Part shown: positions 30,994 to 40,148 of the stretch, piece after piece
Layout of the letters: each line of letters begins with the position of its first letter
How positions within the stretch are numbered: position 1 is the stretch's first letter
NCBI GenBank assembly: GCA_964488565.1
Contig: CAZAUE010000001.1
Location: 42,687-106,686, forward strand
DNA from: an uncultured Candidatus Saccharibacteria bacterium
Lineage (GTDB): Bacteria > Patescibacteriota > Minisyncoccia > 2-02-FULL-40-12 > GWA2-44-9
DNA length: 64,000 nucleotides
Reading direction: 5' to 3'
Program-made: the position numbers and the translations under genes
Notes under the pieces: model-generated
Database searches by the model: none
Seen by the model: only the letters and a program-made list of their open reading frames with translations
Told to the model about the DNA's origin: nothing

Positions 30994-31707
30994 TTATTTT
31001 TTGAAAACCACCGTCTTGAACCCAACAAAACCAAACATCAGAGCAACTGCTGAACCCGCTACGGCTCCAACATTAGCCCAAACCTGAGGGGTTAATCCAC
31101 CCATTGGATCAACGTAATTAACAACAAATGATGCTGTTCCAGTATTTATGAATATGGCAACAATAGCCACGCTCATGAATTTTGCAAATTCAAATTTAGA
31201 GCTTTCACCGCCTACAGTGATTCCATCGCCATCGCGTGTCCCCTTAGGGGAACCCTCGCGGGCGATTGAACCTTCACCGAGACCAAATGTCCAATATTTA
31301 TTCCAAAAATAACTCGGAACAGCAGACGCCGCGAAAGATATCATCTTGAAAGCTGAATACCACCCTCCCGATGATATGTCTGTGTTAGCAATTAAAATAT
31401 TCAAGACCCCAAAATCAACGGCCGCATTGGTAAAACCTATGGCAGCGAATTTTCCGAACTGATTAAAAAATCCCATCCACTTGCCCAAAAAATAGCCGAG
31501 ATTTACACCTAAAATCCATAAAATTGGTACCACAAAAACCAGACATGCCCATGGAATACCACCAATCGGAGGGCATGGAGCTTTTATGCAATACACCACA
31601 GTTCCCCCAATTTCTGGTATATCCAAATACTCGAAAATTCTCCAGGCAGAAAATCCAGTAATTAAACCCGTAACCACGCTGAAGTAAAAATCTCTTTTAG
31701 TAAACAT
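30994..31707 (-). CDS. GtrA-family flippase-like protein
   Basis: QFGKFAAIGFTNAAVDFGVLN, SYFWNKYWTF. Confidence 0.85.
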   Translation of the reverse strand: MFTKRDFYFSVVTGLITGFSAWRIFEYLDIPEIGGTVVYCIKAPCPPIGGIPWACLVFVVPILWILGVNLGYFLGKWMGFFNQFGKFAAIGFTNAAVDFGVLNILIANTDISSGGWYSAFKMISFAASAVPSYFWNKYWTFGLGEGSIAREGSPKGTRDGDGITVGGESSKFEFAKFMSVAIVAIFINTGTASFVVNYVDPMGGLTPQVWANVGAVAGSAVALMFGFVGFKTVVFKK

Positions 31708-31712
31708 ATTTT

Positions 31713-34088
31713 TTATAAACCTGCGCCAATTCCATATTTTTGGCGCGAAGCTTCTTTAAGTTGCAATACTAATTCTGGATTTGATGCGGGTGGTGGATCA
31801 ATTTTAATATTAAACGGTCTTGCTGTTTGATTATTAATCAACAACTTGGCATAGCAATTGAAGTTATCAATGTTCAAAAGATCTTGCGGACTAAATACTG
31901 GTTCAAATTGATTTTTTAGGAATTCAGCATCATCAGCACCAACTCTGAATACGGCCATTGAGCCAACATTGCCAAATACGGCATCGCGAATCTTATCAAC
32001 CAATTGTTTTATAAATTGATTAGCGATGATTAGATTTAATCTATATTTACGTGCTTCAGCTAAAATCGTTGAGATACTGTCAGTGGTAAAGTTATGGAAC
32101 TCATCAACATATAGATAGAAGTCTGCTCGCTGTTCCTCCGGAGTGTTTACACGAGACAAAGCAGCAATCAAGATTTTACCGACAATAATCATGCCCAACA
32201 AACTAGCATTAATGTCCCCAATTCTCCCTTTAGATAAATTAACCAATAAAATCTTTCTCTGATCCATCAATTCTCGGAAATTGAATGCGCTTTTCTTCTG
32301 AGAAAGAATCGGCCTCAAAAATTCATTGGCAATGAAACCGTTAATCTTGGAAGTAATATAAGGGGCCATATTGGCCAAGGCCGCTTCGCCTCCGGCTTTC
32401 TCAGCTTCCAATTCCCAAAAGTTTTTAACGATCGGGTTTGTTTCTCTGGATAATTTATCGCGCCTGTAAGCATCGTCGGTCAAAACACGAGGAATATTTA
32501 CCAGAGTCGGAACTTCATTTGCGTAATCGTCCATCAAAAGAAGCATCGCGTTTCTGAAGTATTGATCAAACATGGGACCCATTGTTTCCGCTAAAAACAA
32601 CTTCTGGAAAATACTTAATATCTCATTCACTATAAATGTTTTTTGTTCTGGGAAATTGGGATCAAATTCAAGCATGTTTAAACCCAAAGGTTTTGCCATA
32701 TCAGCAGGATCAAAAATTATGACATCATCCATTCTCTCAGGAGGTATGAATCCCAAAATTCTTTCAATGGCAGTACCGTGAGGATCAACAAAAGCCACCC
32801 CGTCACCATTCAAAATGTCTTGATAAATCATGTTCTCCATCAAGGTTGATTTACCAGTTCCAGTTTGTCCCAATAGATAAAAATGTCTTCTTCTATCACT
32901 CTTAGTCATTCTTATCGGGCTCTCTACTCCCCTGAAAATGTTTTTACCCAAGATAATTCCTTCTTGCGGTAAGTTGGATGGCGGTTCAGAAGGTTTTGAT
33001 TTCAAAAACTTTATTCTAGGTGAAAGTGTTGTTCCTAACGGAAAATGAAACAGACTAGTCACTTCTTCGCTGGATAATAATGCTGTTTGGGAATTATCAA
33101 AAAGACGGAAAGAGTAATTAAACAAAAGTTTTTCAAGAGAACCTCCTGTAAGTTTTGAAAGTTGAAAACTATTCATTTCATTAGACGAGAACTGGACAAA
33201 GGCTCCTGATAGTTCATTAAGCAATTGACCCGCCCGAGCTTCATTATCAGCAGAGACAATAATTCTTATGTTTGTATCAAACAAAGGTTTTGAGGCCTTA
33301 TCTTGAATTCCCTTAACTACTTCCGCCTCAAAAGGTGTTATGGCTTTAGGTCGTTCCAGTTCTTGTTCTCCAGTTTTAGATTTTTTAGGAGAATTTTTAG
33401 CTAAAGATAATGCTTTGGAAAAATTAAATCCTGACTGCATTTCTTTGGCAGTCTTCTGAGCTAATTTTCTCAAACCATCTTGATGGGTGGGCCTGATAAG
33501 TATCTGAATCGCCGCACCCTCACCTTCCTTTTGAAGCTTGGAAAATGCTGTTGCTAATCCCCCAAGAGGATCTGCCTGAAGCATTTGATATGTTTTAAAT
33601 GGAAGAATTGGATTATTTTTTAGTCTGAAAATTCCCGCCAAAGAAACCCCCTGCGGATTAAAAATATTGTAATCTTTTATTCTCTCAACTTGAGCGGTCG
33701 GGAAAAAACTATTTACCTGTTTTTCAAAAATTTGCTCATAGCTTCTGGGCACTGCCATGTAAAAGTGTATTTCTTCTCCGATATGGTGAACTCCAATTTC
33801 TAATGAAAGATATGGTTCACCATATAAAAACTTGTTCCATCCTTTGGCATGAAGATTCGTAAATGAAGAATAAAGCTGTTCCATTACCGAAATAATGTCT
33901 TTTTCGGATTGTTGGGGTTGTCCAGAACCAGTCTGAGAGCTCTCTCTTGGAACACTAATCAAAAACAGGGACATGTTCAAAGCTCTAGCAATACTGCCCT
34001 TGGTTCTAAATGATCCAACTAAAACTAAACCGGCAATAAATATTATTGCCAAAACTACAAGATAGATTATCAGAAGAAATAGTGACAA
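31713..34088 (-). CDS. VirB4/VirD4(TraG)/HerA-like ATPase with N-terminal anchor
   Basis: RHFYLLGQTGTGKST, DPHG, LYVDEFHNF, EARKYRL. Confidence 0.85.
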   Translation of the reverse strand: MSLFLLIIYLVVLAIIFIAGLVLVGSFRTKGSIARALNMSLFLISVPRESSQTGSGQPQQSEKDIISVMEQLYSSFTNLHAKGWNKFLYGEPYLSLEIGVHHIGEEIHFYMAVPRSYEQIFEKQVNSFFPTAQVERIKDYNIFNPQGVSLAGIFRLKNNPILPFKTYQMLQADPLGGLATAFSKLQKEGEGAAIQILIRPTHQDGLRKLAQKTAKEMQSGFNFSKALSLAKNSPKKSKTGEQELERPKAITPFEAEVVKGIQDKASKPLFDTNIRIIVSADNEARAGQLLNELSGAFVQFSSNEMNSFQLSKLTGGSLEKLLFNYSFRLFDNSQTALLSSEEVTSLFHFPLGTTLSPRIKFLKSKPSEPPSNLPQEGIILGKNIFRGVESPIRMTKSDRRRHFYLLGQTGTGKSTLMENMIYQDILNGDGVAFVDPHGTAIERILGFIPPERMDDVIIFDPADMAKPLGLNMLEFDPNFPEQKTFIVNEILSIFQKLFLAETMGPMFDQYFRNAMLLLMDDYANEVPTLVNIPRVLTDDAYRRDKLSRETNPIVKNFWELEAEKAGGEAALANMAPYITSKINGFIANEFLRPILSQKKSAFNFRELMDQRKILLVNLSKGRIGDINASLLGMIIVGKILIAALSRVNTPEEQRADFYLYVDEFHNFTTDSISTILAEARKYRLNLIIANQFIKQLVDKIRDAVFGNVGSMAVFRVGADDAEFLKNQFEPVFSPQDLLNIDNFNCYAKLLINNQTARPFNIKIDPPPASNPELVLQLKEASRQKYGIGAGL

Positions 34089-34094
34089 GTTTCT

Positions 34095-34502
34095 TTATGT
34101 AATAGGGTCAACTTTTTTTCTCTCTAAAAGCGCATCGTATAACTGATCAACTAAAACATCATGAAAGGCATCTATCAAGGCAGGATTATTTGATTTAACA
34201 GCCTCTTTTATTCCCTGATCTAAACTATTTTGAAAAACATGATTAACAAGTTCCTGAATCTTTTCCTTCATTTCTTCAGCGAGATAGCTGACACTGTTAT
34301 CAGTTTGTGTTTGCGGCGCTGGTTTAGGAATATACGCAGGAGCGTTTTGCTGAATCTTCTCACCAACAACTTCTCTCAAAACTTCTTTATCGGGCGGTAA
34401 TTCTTTTTGTTCCGGTTGTTGCTCCAAATTCGCCTTCTTTTCTTGAAGTTGTTTCTCTAGTTGAGCTATTTCCTGTTCAATTGTAACTCCAGTTTCTGAC
34501 AT
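34095..34502 (-). CDS. Hypothetical protein (co-oriented upstream of the ATPase)
   Basis: 135-aa ORF, 6 nt from ATPase start. Confidence 0.7.
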   Translation of the reverse strand: MSETGVTIEQEIAQLEKQLQEKKANLEQQPEQKELPPDKEVLREVVGEKIQQNAPAYIPKPAPQTQTDNSVSYLAEEMKEKIQELVNHVFQNSLDQGIKEAVKSNNPALIDAFHDVLVDQLYDALLERKKVDPIT

Positions 34503-34609
34503 GTATAAAGTATATCATAAATATTAAAAAACCGCCTCCGGAGAGCGGGAACCAAGATATCTGGTTCCGCCCTCCGTGGCGATCATGCGCGACGCGATGT
34601 CCGTCGGCG

Positions 34610-35029
34610 CTACTTTCTCGGCGTGACGGTCGGAACCACACTCTGTTCCGACTTCACGCTGAGGTGGTACTGCCACACCACGTAGGTGTAGCCGGGGTAG
34701 GTCACGTCTTCCACCACGCGGGTGGGGACGGTGGCGACGACCTTCCGAACCGTGCTCGGAGGCAGGCTGTCGACCTCTTCGATCAACGGCATGCCTCGGT
34801 CGTCACGAACCGGGACCACCACGGACGTCCGCGGAAGCGAGCGGTCCGCGAAGTCGAACACGCGAGCGTCGCCTCCGCCCTTGATCGTGGCCTTGTAGGT
34901 GAACGCCAAGGCGTACACCTTGTTGGTCTCGATGCCGTCGCCCCGCCCGAAATTGGCAAAGGCGATAATGGACACGACGGCCACGACAAAGATGGTGGCG
35001 ATGAAAACGAGAACGCGGGTCCGATTCAT
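34610..35029 (-). CDS. GC-rich membrane-anchored/secreted hypothetical protein
   Basis: N-terminal TM; strong C/G third-position bias; GAGG SD; own promoter and hairpin at ~34532-34580. Confidence 0.75.
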   Translation of the reverse strand: MNRTRVLVFIATIFVVAVVSIIAFANFGRGDGIETNKVYALAFTYKATIKGGGDARVFDFADRSLPRTSVVVPVRDDRGMPLIEEVDSLPPSTVRKVVATVPTRVVEDVTYPGYTYVVWQYHLSVKSEQSVVPTVTPRK

Positions 35030-35096
35030 TTCTGCCTCTTTCTGTTATGCCCCCTAAGGAGCGGTTGGTAAGGGTCTAAATCAACTCTGTAATTAC

Positions 35097-35126
35097 ATTA
35101 TAGCACAAAATAACACCGTTTGTCAA
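35097..35126 (-). promoter_or_regulatory. sigma70 promoter TTGACA-18-TATAAT (TG extended)
   Basis: Read directly. Confidence 0.8.
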
Positions 35127-35210
35127 CCCAACCCCTATGTACGCGGGGGCAGAGCAAAAGTTGTTTAATGTACATTTGTTGATAAAACCCCAGTAAATAT
35201 CTGTTAAACT

Positions 35211-36329
35211 ATGGGTATGAATAAATCTAAAAAACAAGAACTCATAATCTTTTTAATTATTGTCGGTGTCGCCTCTTTTTTCCGTTTGTATCAACTAAAC
35301 GTTCTTCCTCCTGATTTTCAAAATTATCTTTTATCCTTAAGACTGTTCTCTGCAATATTGGGAATCCTGACCGTTGTTGGTGTTTATCTTTTAACCAAAG
35401 AGTTGTTTGAATGGCGTATTGCCTCAATTGCTGCATATCTTACAGCAATTTCTTTCTGGCATGTTAATTTTTCACGAACGGAATCCGTGGTGACAATTGT
35501 TCCGTTTGTTACTGTTTATGCTTTATATTTCATTTGGAAAGGATTAAAGCATGGTCACATAACCCATTTTATTGTAGCTGGAATTTTTGGCGGACTTGGG
35601 TTTTATACTTACCCTTCCTTTTATGTGGCCCCAATCATAGTCCTCGCTCTATTCATTAATTATTGGTGGTATCTAAAAAAGGATTTTGATCATACTAAGT
35701 ATGAATTCGCCAGAACCAAACTACTTCAAGGATTCGTCGCTCTTCTCCTGACAGCATTTATAGTTGCCTTGCCTCTTGTTATATATTCATGGCAACACCC
35801 AGACAATTTTTTCTCTTCTATCAAAATATCCGCCCCAAGTGTGATGAAAACCCTTGGCATGTTTAATTTTTCTGGAGATTTAAACCAAAGACACAATATC
35901 CCCGGCTCCCCAATACTGCCGTGGCCAATAGGAGTATTTTTTGCGGTTGGTATTATAAACGAACTCATTCATTGGCTAAGACGCAAACATGGACACTTCT
36001 CAACCACCCACACACTCTTACTTGTTTGGTTTTTCGTAATGCTTATTCCCGGATTTTTATTCACAGGAGCACCAAACTCTTTAATGGTTATAGGGGCCAT
36101 GCCAGTAGTCATGATTCTTACTGCCCGAGGAATCTGGTGGTTCTTTGATAAATTAAATTCATGGTACAAAGCCCACGATCCTCATTCACGACACGAAGCT
36201 CATGTTGTGACCGCTCTGGTTGTAATTATCTTCTTGTTTTCTATCGGATTCATGGAATACTGGAGATATTTCAATGTCTGGGGACCATCCACGGAGACAA
36301 TAAATGCTTTTAAAATTTTTACCAACTAA
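35211..36329 (+). CDS. GT-C (ArnT/PMT-like) glycosyltransferase, apparently shortened
   Basis: LRLFSAILGILTV, SFWHVNFSR, GLGFYTY; multi-TM. Confidence 0.8.
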   Translation: MGMNKSKKQELIIFLIIVGVASFFRLYQLNVLPPDFQNYLLSLRLFSAILGILTVVGVYLLTKELFEWRIASIAAYLTAISFWHVNFSRTESVVTIVPFVTVYALYFIWKGLKHGHITHFIVAGIFGGLGFYTYPSFYVAPIIVLALFINYWWYLKKDFDHTKYEFARTKLLQGFVALLLTAFIVALPLVIYSWQHPDNFFSSIKISAPSVMKTLGMFNFSGDLNQRHNIPGSPILPWPIGVFFAVGIINELIHWLRRKHGHFSTTHTLLLVWFFVMLIPGFLFTGAPNSLMVIGAMPVVMILTARGIWWFFDKLNSWYKAHDPHSRHEAHVVTALVVIIFLFSIGFMEYWRYFNVWGPSTETINAFKIFTN

Positions 36330-36335
36330 AAATCA

Positions 36336-38078
36336 ATGAAAACAAAACTCATCGCAGTCGCCATAATCACTTCGGCTACAATTTTAGCAATTGCCAGCGT
36401 CTGGAATGATTCTCCTGTTGTTGATGAAATTCCTCACATCGGTGCAGGATATTCTTATGTCGTTGAACGTAGCTACAAATTTAATCCAGAACATCCACCA
36501 TTGGTCAAAGACCTTGCTGGACTGGCCATGTTAACACTAAACCTTGATCGTTCAGCATTTGGTAAAACTTATCAAAAAAATTGGCCCACTGATGTTAATG
36601 GTGAATGGAATTTCGGACGAACTTTAATTTTTAATTCTGGTAATGATGCCTTAACCTTGGTTCGTGTTGCCAAGATGCCAATGCTATTATTCTTTATCAT
36701 CTCCGGCTGGTTAATATTTCTTTGGACAAAAAAGATTTATGGCCCTCGAGCTGGTCTCTTAGCTTTATTTTTGTTTTCATTTACACCAACAATTCTTGCA
36801 CACAGCCGACTAGTCACAACTGACATGGCAGCTCTTTTGGGAATTATTCTTTCAACTTATTTCTTTGTTCGCTATCTTAAAGATCAGACAAACTACAATT
36901 TCTGGTTAGCAGCTATTACTTTTGGAATCGCTGAACTAGCTAAATTCTCAACTTTCTTTCTCGTTCCTTATTTTGTTTTGGTAGGTATTATTTGGGGATA
37001 TGCACACCACCATAGCTTACGATATGTAGTTCTCGGGGCATGGAAAAGCATTCTTGTAATTGTTGTTGGTTTTATTTTTGTTGTCGGGCCTGTTTACCAA
37101 CTACACCTCCTTGGCGATACTCCTGAAAAACAACAATCGGATTCTGAGATTATTCTTGCAACTTATGGCAACCGAATTCTTGCTGACCCAATAATCTGGG
37201 CCTCCGACAAACCTTTCTTGCGACCTTTCGCTCAATATGGCTTAGGGCTACTAATGGTTGTCCAGAGAAATGTTGGTGGCAACCAAACATATTTCCTTGG
37301 AGAACTCTACCAACACGGAGTAAAACCGTATTTCCCAGTAGTGTATTTCATAAAAGAACCACTACCATTTTGGGGATTGTTTCTAATTGCAATTATTGGT
37401 TTTCTCGCATACGCACGACCAAGAGAACGCAAACTGCATGAATGGGTAAAAAATCATTTCACCGAGGTCACACTTCTCTTGTGGCTACTTATTTATTGGG
37501 CTCTTAGCATTACCGCCAACGTTAATATTGGTATCAGACACTTAATTCCTGTTTACGGTTTTACTTATATCCTTTTGGCCGGACTACTGGTTTTTGTATA
37601 TGAAAAAATTAAAACCAAAAAATTATACCTGACTGTTGTGAGTCTGATGTGTGCTTGGTTTCTCATTGAAACTATCATGATATTCCCCTATTACCTGACT
37701 TATTTTAATCAAGCCGTTGGTGGGCCAGCTGGTGGTCACAAATACGTTGTTGATTCAAATCTTGATTGGGGTCAGGACTTAAAACGTCTTGCTGATTGGG
37801 TTGAAACTAATAATGTACAAAAAATCAGCCTCGATTATTTCGGTTGGGCTGATCAATATTACTATTTGGGCAACAAATTTTATTGGGTCAATCAAGGAAA
37901 ATACACAACCAAAGGTCAATTTATTTCTGATAATCCATTTGGTGGGTACTTGGCCGTATCTGGTACTTACTACACAGAATCCCAGGTTAAACCAACACGC
38001 CCCTATGCATGGCTCAAAGATCATAAGCCAATAGCTGTAATCGGAAATTCAATCTTTGTCTGGTACATTCCTCAGTAA
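36336..38078 (+). CDS. GT-C (ArnT/PMT-like) glycosyltransferase
   Basis: VDEIPH, NPEHPPLVK, HSRLVTTD, DSNLDWGQDL. Confidence 0.88.
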   Translation: MKTKLIAVAIITSATILAIASVWNDSPVVDEIPHIGAGYSYVVERSYKFNPEHPPLVKDLAGLAMLTLNLDRSAFGKTYQKNWPTDVNGEWNFGRTLIFNSGNDALTLVRVAKMPMLLFFIISGWLIFLWTKKIYGPRAGLLALFLFSFTPTILAHSRLVTTDMAALLGIILSTYFFVRYLKDQTNYNFWLAAITFGIAELAKFSTFFLVPYFVLVGIIWGYAHHHSLRYVVLGAWKSILVIVVGFIFVVGPVYQLHLLGDTPEKQQSDSEIILATYGNRILADPIIWASDKPFLRPFAQYGLGLLMVVQRNVGGNQTYFLGELYQHGVKPYFPVVYFIKEPLPFWGLFLIAIIGFLAYARPRERKLHEWVKNHFTEVTLLLWLLIYWALSITANVNIGIRHLIPVYGFTYILLAGLLVFVYEKIKTKKLYLTVVSLMCAWFLIETIMIFPYYLTYFNQAVGGPAGGHKYVVDSNLDWGQDLKRLADWVETNNVQKISLDYFGWADQYYYLGNKFYWVNQGKYTTKGQFISDNPFGGYLAVSGTYYTESQVKPTRPYAWLKDHKPIAVIGNSIFVWYIPQ

Positions 38079-38087
38079 AACAAATTA

Positions 38088-38781
38088 AAGCGCCCCGCCA
38101 GATTTCTCCAGCGGGGCGGTCGTGCCGTCTTCTTCCGTGCCTGTTGCGCGTCTGTGCGGTATCTTTGTCGATGGCTTACAGAGGCCTCGGCTCTGGGCCA
38201 TAGGAGCGCCACTTGCATGTGCCTCCTAAACGCGGGTTGCAGATTGCCTGTGTGGTTGGTTCCGGTGCCAGCTTACAGGACCTTCTTTCCTGTGCTGGGT
38301 GCCGTATCGCGACGACGTACTCTCATGTTCCCCCTTCTGAGGAGGGTGGTGGAAGGGGCGCGCACCGCCCCTTCCAAGTGGTTGTGAATCCCTCGCCGTT
38401 TAGCGGCGGGAGACCGGGTTATCCACCATTCCCCGTGGGTTAACAGAACGTAGGTGCGAAGACTCGTCCGCCACCGTCCCGTTCTGTGCACAGTCCAGCG
38501 TGGCGATAGGTTCACAAGAGGCTTATCGCGAGATTGCTCTCGGACCTCCTTGTCCCTTGTCGCCACGCCGGACCGTCTTGTTGGCTCTCTAACTTAGAGC
38601 CCGAAAAAAACCAGCAAATTACGACTACCGAACTACCTTAGAGCGACTATGGATGTCCTTACCCCTATTCCTTCAGGCCAATTATTATTACTTGAATGCC
38701 TGGATATTGAGATATTTACGAGGTGTTTGCTGGCTTTTTTCGAGCCCTTTTTAGGAGCCCGATATGTAAAGAACTTAGTGT
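38088..38781 (-). ncRNA. Candidate large structured RNA (~690 nt), unassigned
   Basis: Promoter upstream and terminator (38091-38118) downstream; 22-bp, 17-bp and 11-bp helices with G-U pairs consistent with the minus strand; no convincing long ORF. Confidence 0.6.
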
Positions 38782-38787
38782 TTTTAA

Positions 38788-38816
38788 AGTATAGCAGATA
38801 GCCATAACAATGTCAA
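38788..38816 (-). promoter_or_regulatory. sigma70 promoter TTGACA-17-TATACT (TG extended)
   Basis: Read directly. Confidence 0.8.
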
Positions 38817-38839
38817 GTACTAAGATTTAATAATTAAAT

Positions 38840-38868
38840 AGGGCCATGCGCTTCGCGCGCATGGCCCT
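38840..38868 (-). terminator. Intrinsic terminator
   Basis: AGGGCCATGCGC-loop-GCGCATGGCCCT then AT-rich tail. Confidence 0.75.
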
Positions 38869-38875
38869 CACTTCC

Positions 38876-39226
38876 TTACTCGTCTTCGTCGACGACGTCG
38901 TCTTGGACCTGGAAATCGGTCCTTGAATCGACGATGTCTTCGAGGGGGACGAATGGCTCGTTCAAAGCCCACTCGTCGCGGGTCTCGACGACACGTCGCA
39001 CGTGACCCCAATAGCTCTCGCTGACGATTGCCTTGGACTTGAAGGTCTTGCCGATGCGCCGAGTGCGGAGGCGATCATTGCGAACAATCCGCGCCTCCTC
39101 GTCAACGACTTCGGGCGTGAACGTCGCCGTTGCGAAACAACCGGACTGACTGCGGTTCTCAGGAACGAACGTCCCTTCGAATTCGCGCGTCATCTCGGCT
39201 GCCATCCTCTGGGCTCGTGAACTCAT
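38876..39226 (-). CDS. GC-rich hypothetical protein with acidic tail
   Basis: GGGGG SD, C/G third-position bias, own promoter and terminator. Confidence 0.7.
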   Translation of the reverse strand: MSSRAQRMAAEMTREFEGTFVPENRSQSGCFATATFTPEVVDEEARIVRNDRLRTRRIGKTFKSKAIVSESYWGHVRRVVETRDEWALNEPFVPLEDIVDSRTDFQVQDDVVDEDE

Positions 39227-39281
39227 TACATACCCCCGTCGTTATGCCCCCTTGGGCTTGATTGAAAACAACTATTCCACA

Positions 39282-39310
39282 ATAATACACCAAAAATGCC
39301 ATTTTGTCAA
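39282..39310 (-). promoter_or_regulatory. sigma70 promoter TTGACA-17-TATTAT
   Basis: Read directly. Confidence 0.75.
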
Positions 39311-39332
39311 TCTTGGTGTTTAGGTCTCGCTA

Positions 39333-40145
39333 TTATTTGTAATAAACTCTCCCATCAATCCTTAAGTCTATATATTGTGGATGGAAGTCGAGGTCTTTTT
39401 CCTTATCATCCAAGAATATCCTCAAAACATCTAGCTGATTCTTAATATCAAATTCCGTTGTAAAAATAATGTAATAATCAGAGGTAAAAACACGAAACTC
39501 ACCAAATGATTTTTCTGGAATTATTATGCTCTTTATTTCTCCGGCCCTATTCTTTGCAACCTCCATTATTGGTTCAAAAAAATCATTATCAATTTGTCTG
39601 TGATTTGTTTCCCTTCGATCTTCAATTGTCAGAAATATGAAACCGGAAGTTTTAGATGATTCACCCCAAAGAACTCTATCCTCATCAAAATAGGAACAAC
39701 TTGTGGTAAGTGAGACGGAATCACTATCTCTAAAACACCAGATACCTGATGGCTTTCTTTCAATAAAATTTAGAGCCAGTCCGTGAGGTAGTTTCTTTTT
39801 AACGGTCACAGATTTAAACACTGAATAACCTGAAGAAAATTTTTCTTCAATAGCATCAGTGTCCACGGATAAAACATTATTTCTTCGTGGTAGAAACTTG
39901 AATATCTTTTGATCTAACTGTTCATTTATTTTTCCCTGAAGCATGTTTGAATTAATTGTATCCAAACCATTAAAACTCACCTCTCTTACATCAAAAAGTC
40001 TTGAAAAGAAAAAAATATAAATCAAACCCGCCACAACAAAAATTGTCCCTGCTATTATTGCTACAGTTTTAAAAACAAAAACCCGGCGATGCCGGCGCGC
40101 GACTTCATCGCGATGATTTAACTTTTTTACATTTACCGGTCGCAT
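39333..40145 (-). CDS. FtsQ/DivIB-like POTRA domain protein
   Basis: Basic N-terminus, single TM, POTRA-like region, YIDLRIDGRVYYK. Confidence 0.8.
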   Translation of the reverse strand: MRPVNVKKLNHRDEVARRHRRVFVFKTVAIIAGTIFVVAGLIYIFFFSRLFDVREVSFNGLDTINSNMLQGKINEQLDQKIFKFLPRRNNVLSVDTDAIEEKFSSGYSVFKSVTVKKKLPHGLALNFIERKPSGIWCFRDSDSVSLTTSCSYFDEDRVLWGESSKTSGFIFLTIEDRRETNHRQIDNDFFEPIMEVAKNRAGEIKSIIIPEKSFGEFRVFTSDYYIIFTTEFDIKNQLDVLRIFLDDKEKDLDFHPQYIDLRIDGRVYYK

Positions 40146-40148
40146 GGA

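Noticed and set aside
34664-35071. 135-aa plus-strand ORF
   Set aside because: Antisense shadow of 34610-35029
38154-38566. ORF-track proteins of 76-97 aa
   Set aside because: No SD at their starts, no codon periodicity, and they run through long RNA helices
38088-38781. RNase P RNA, tmRNA or group II intron
   Set aside because: Diagnostic motifs (GAGGAAAGUCC, tRNA-like ends, domain V) not found by eye; a covariance search is still needed
39700-39735. Possible in-frame repeat in ftsQ-like gene (DSDSVSLTTS)
   Set aside because: No clear palindrome left; cannot be supported without an alignment
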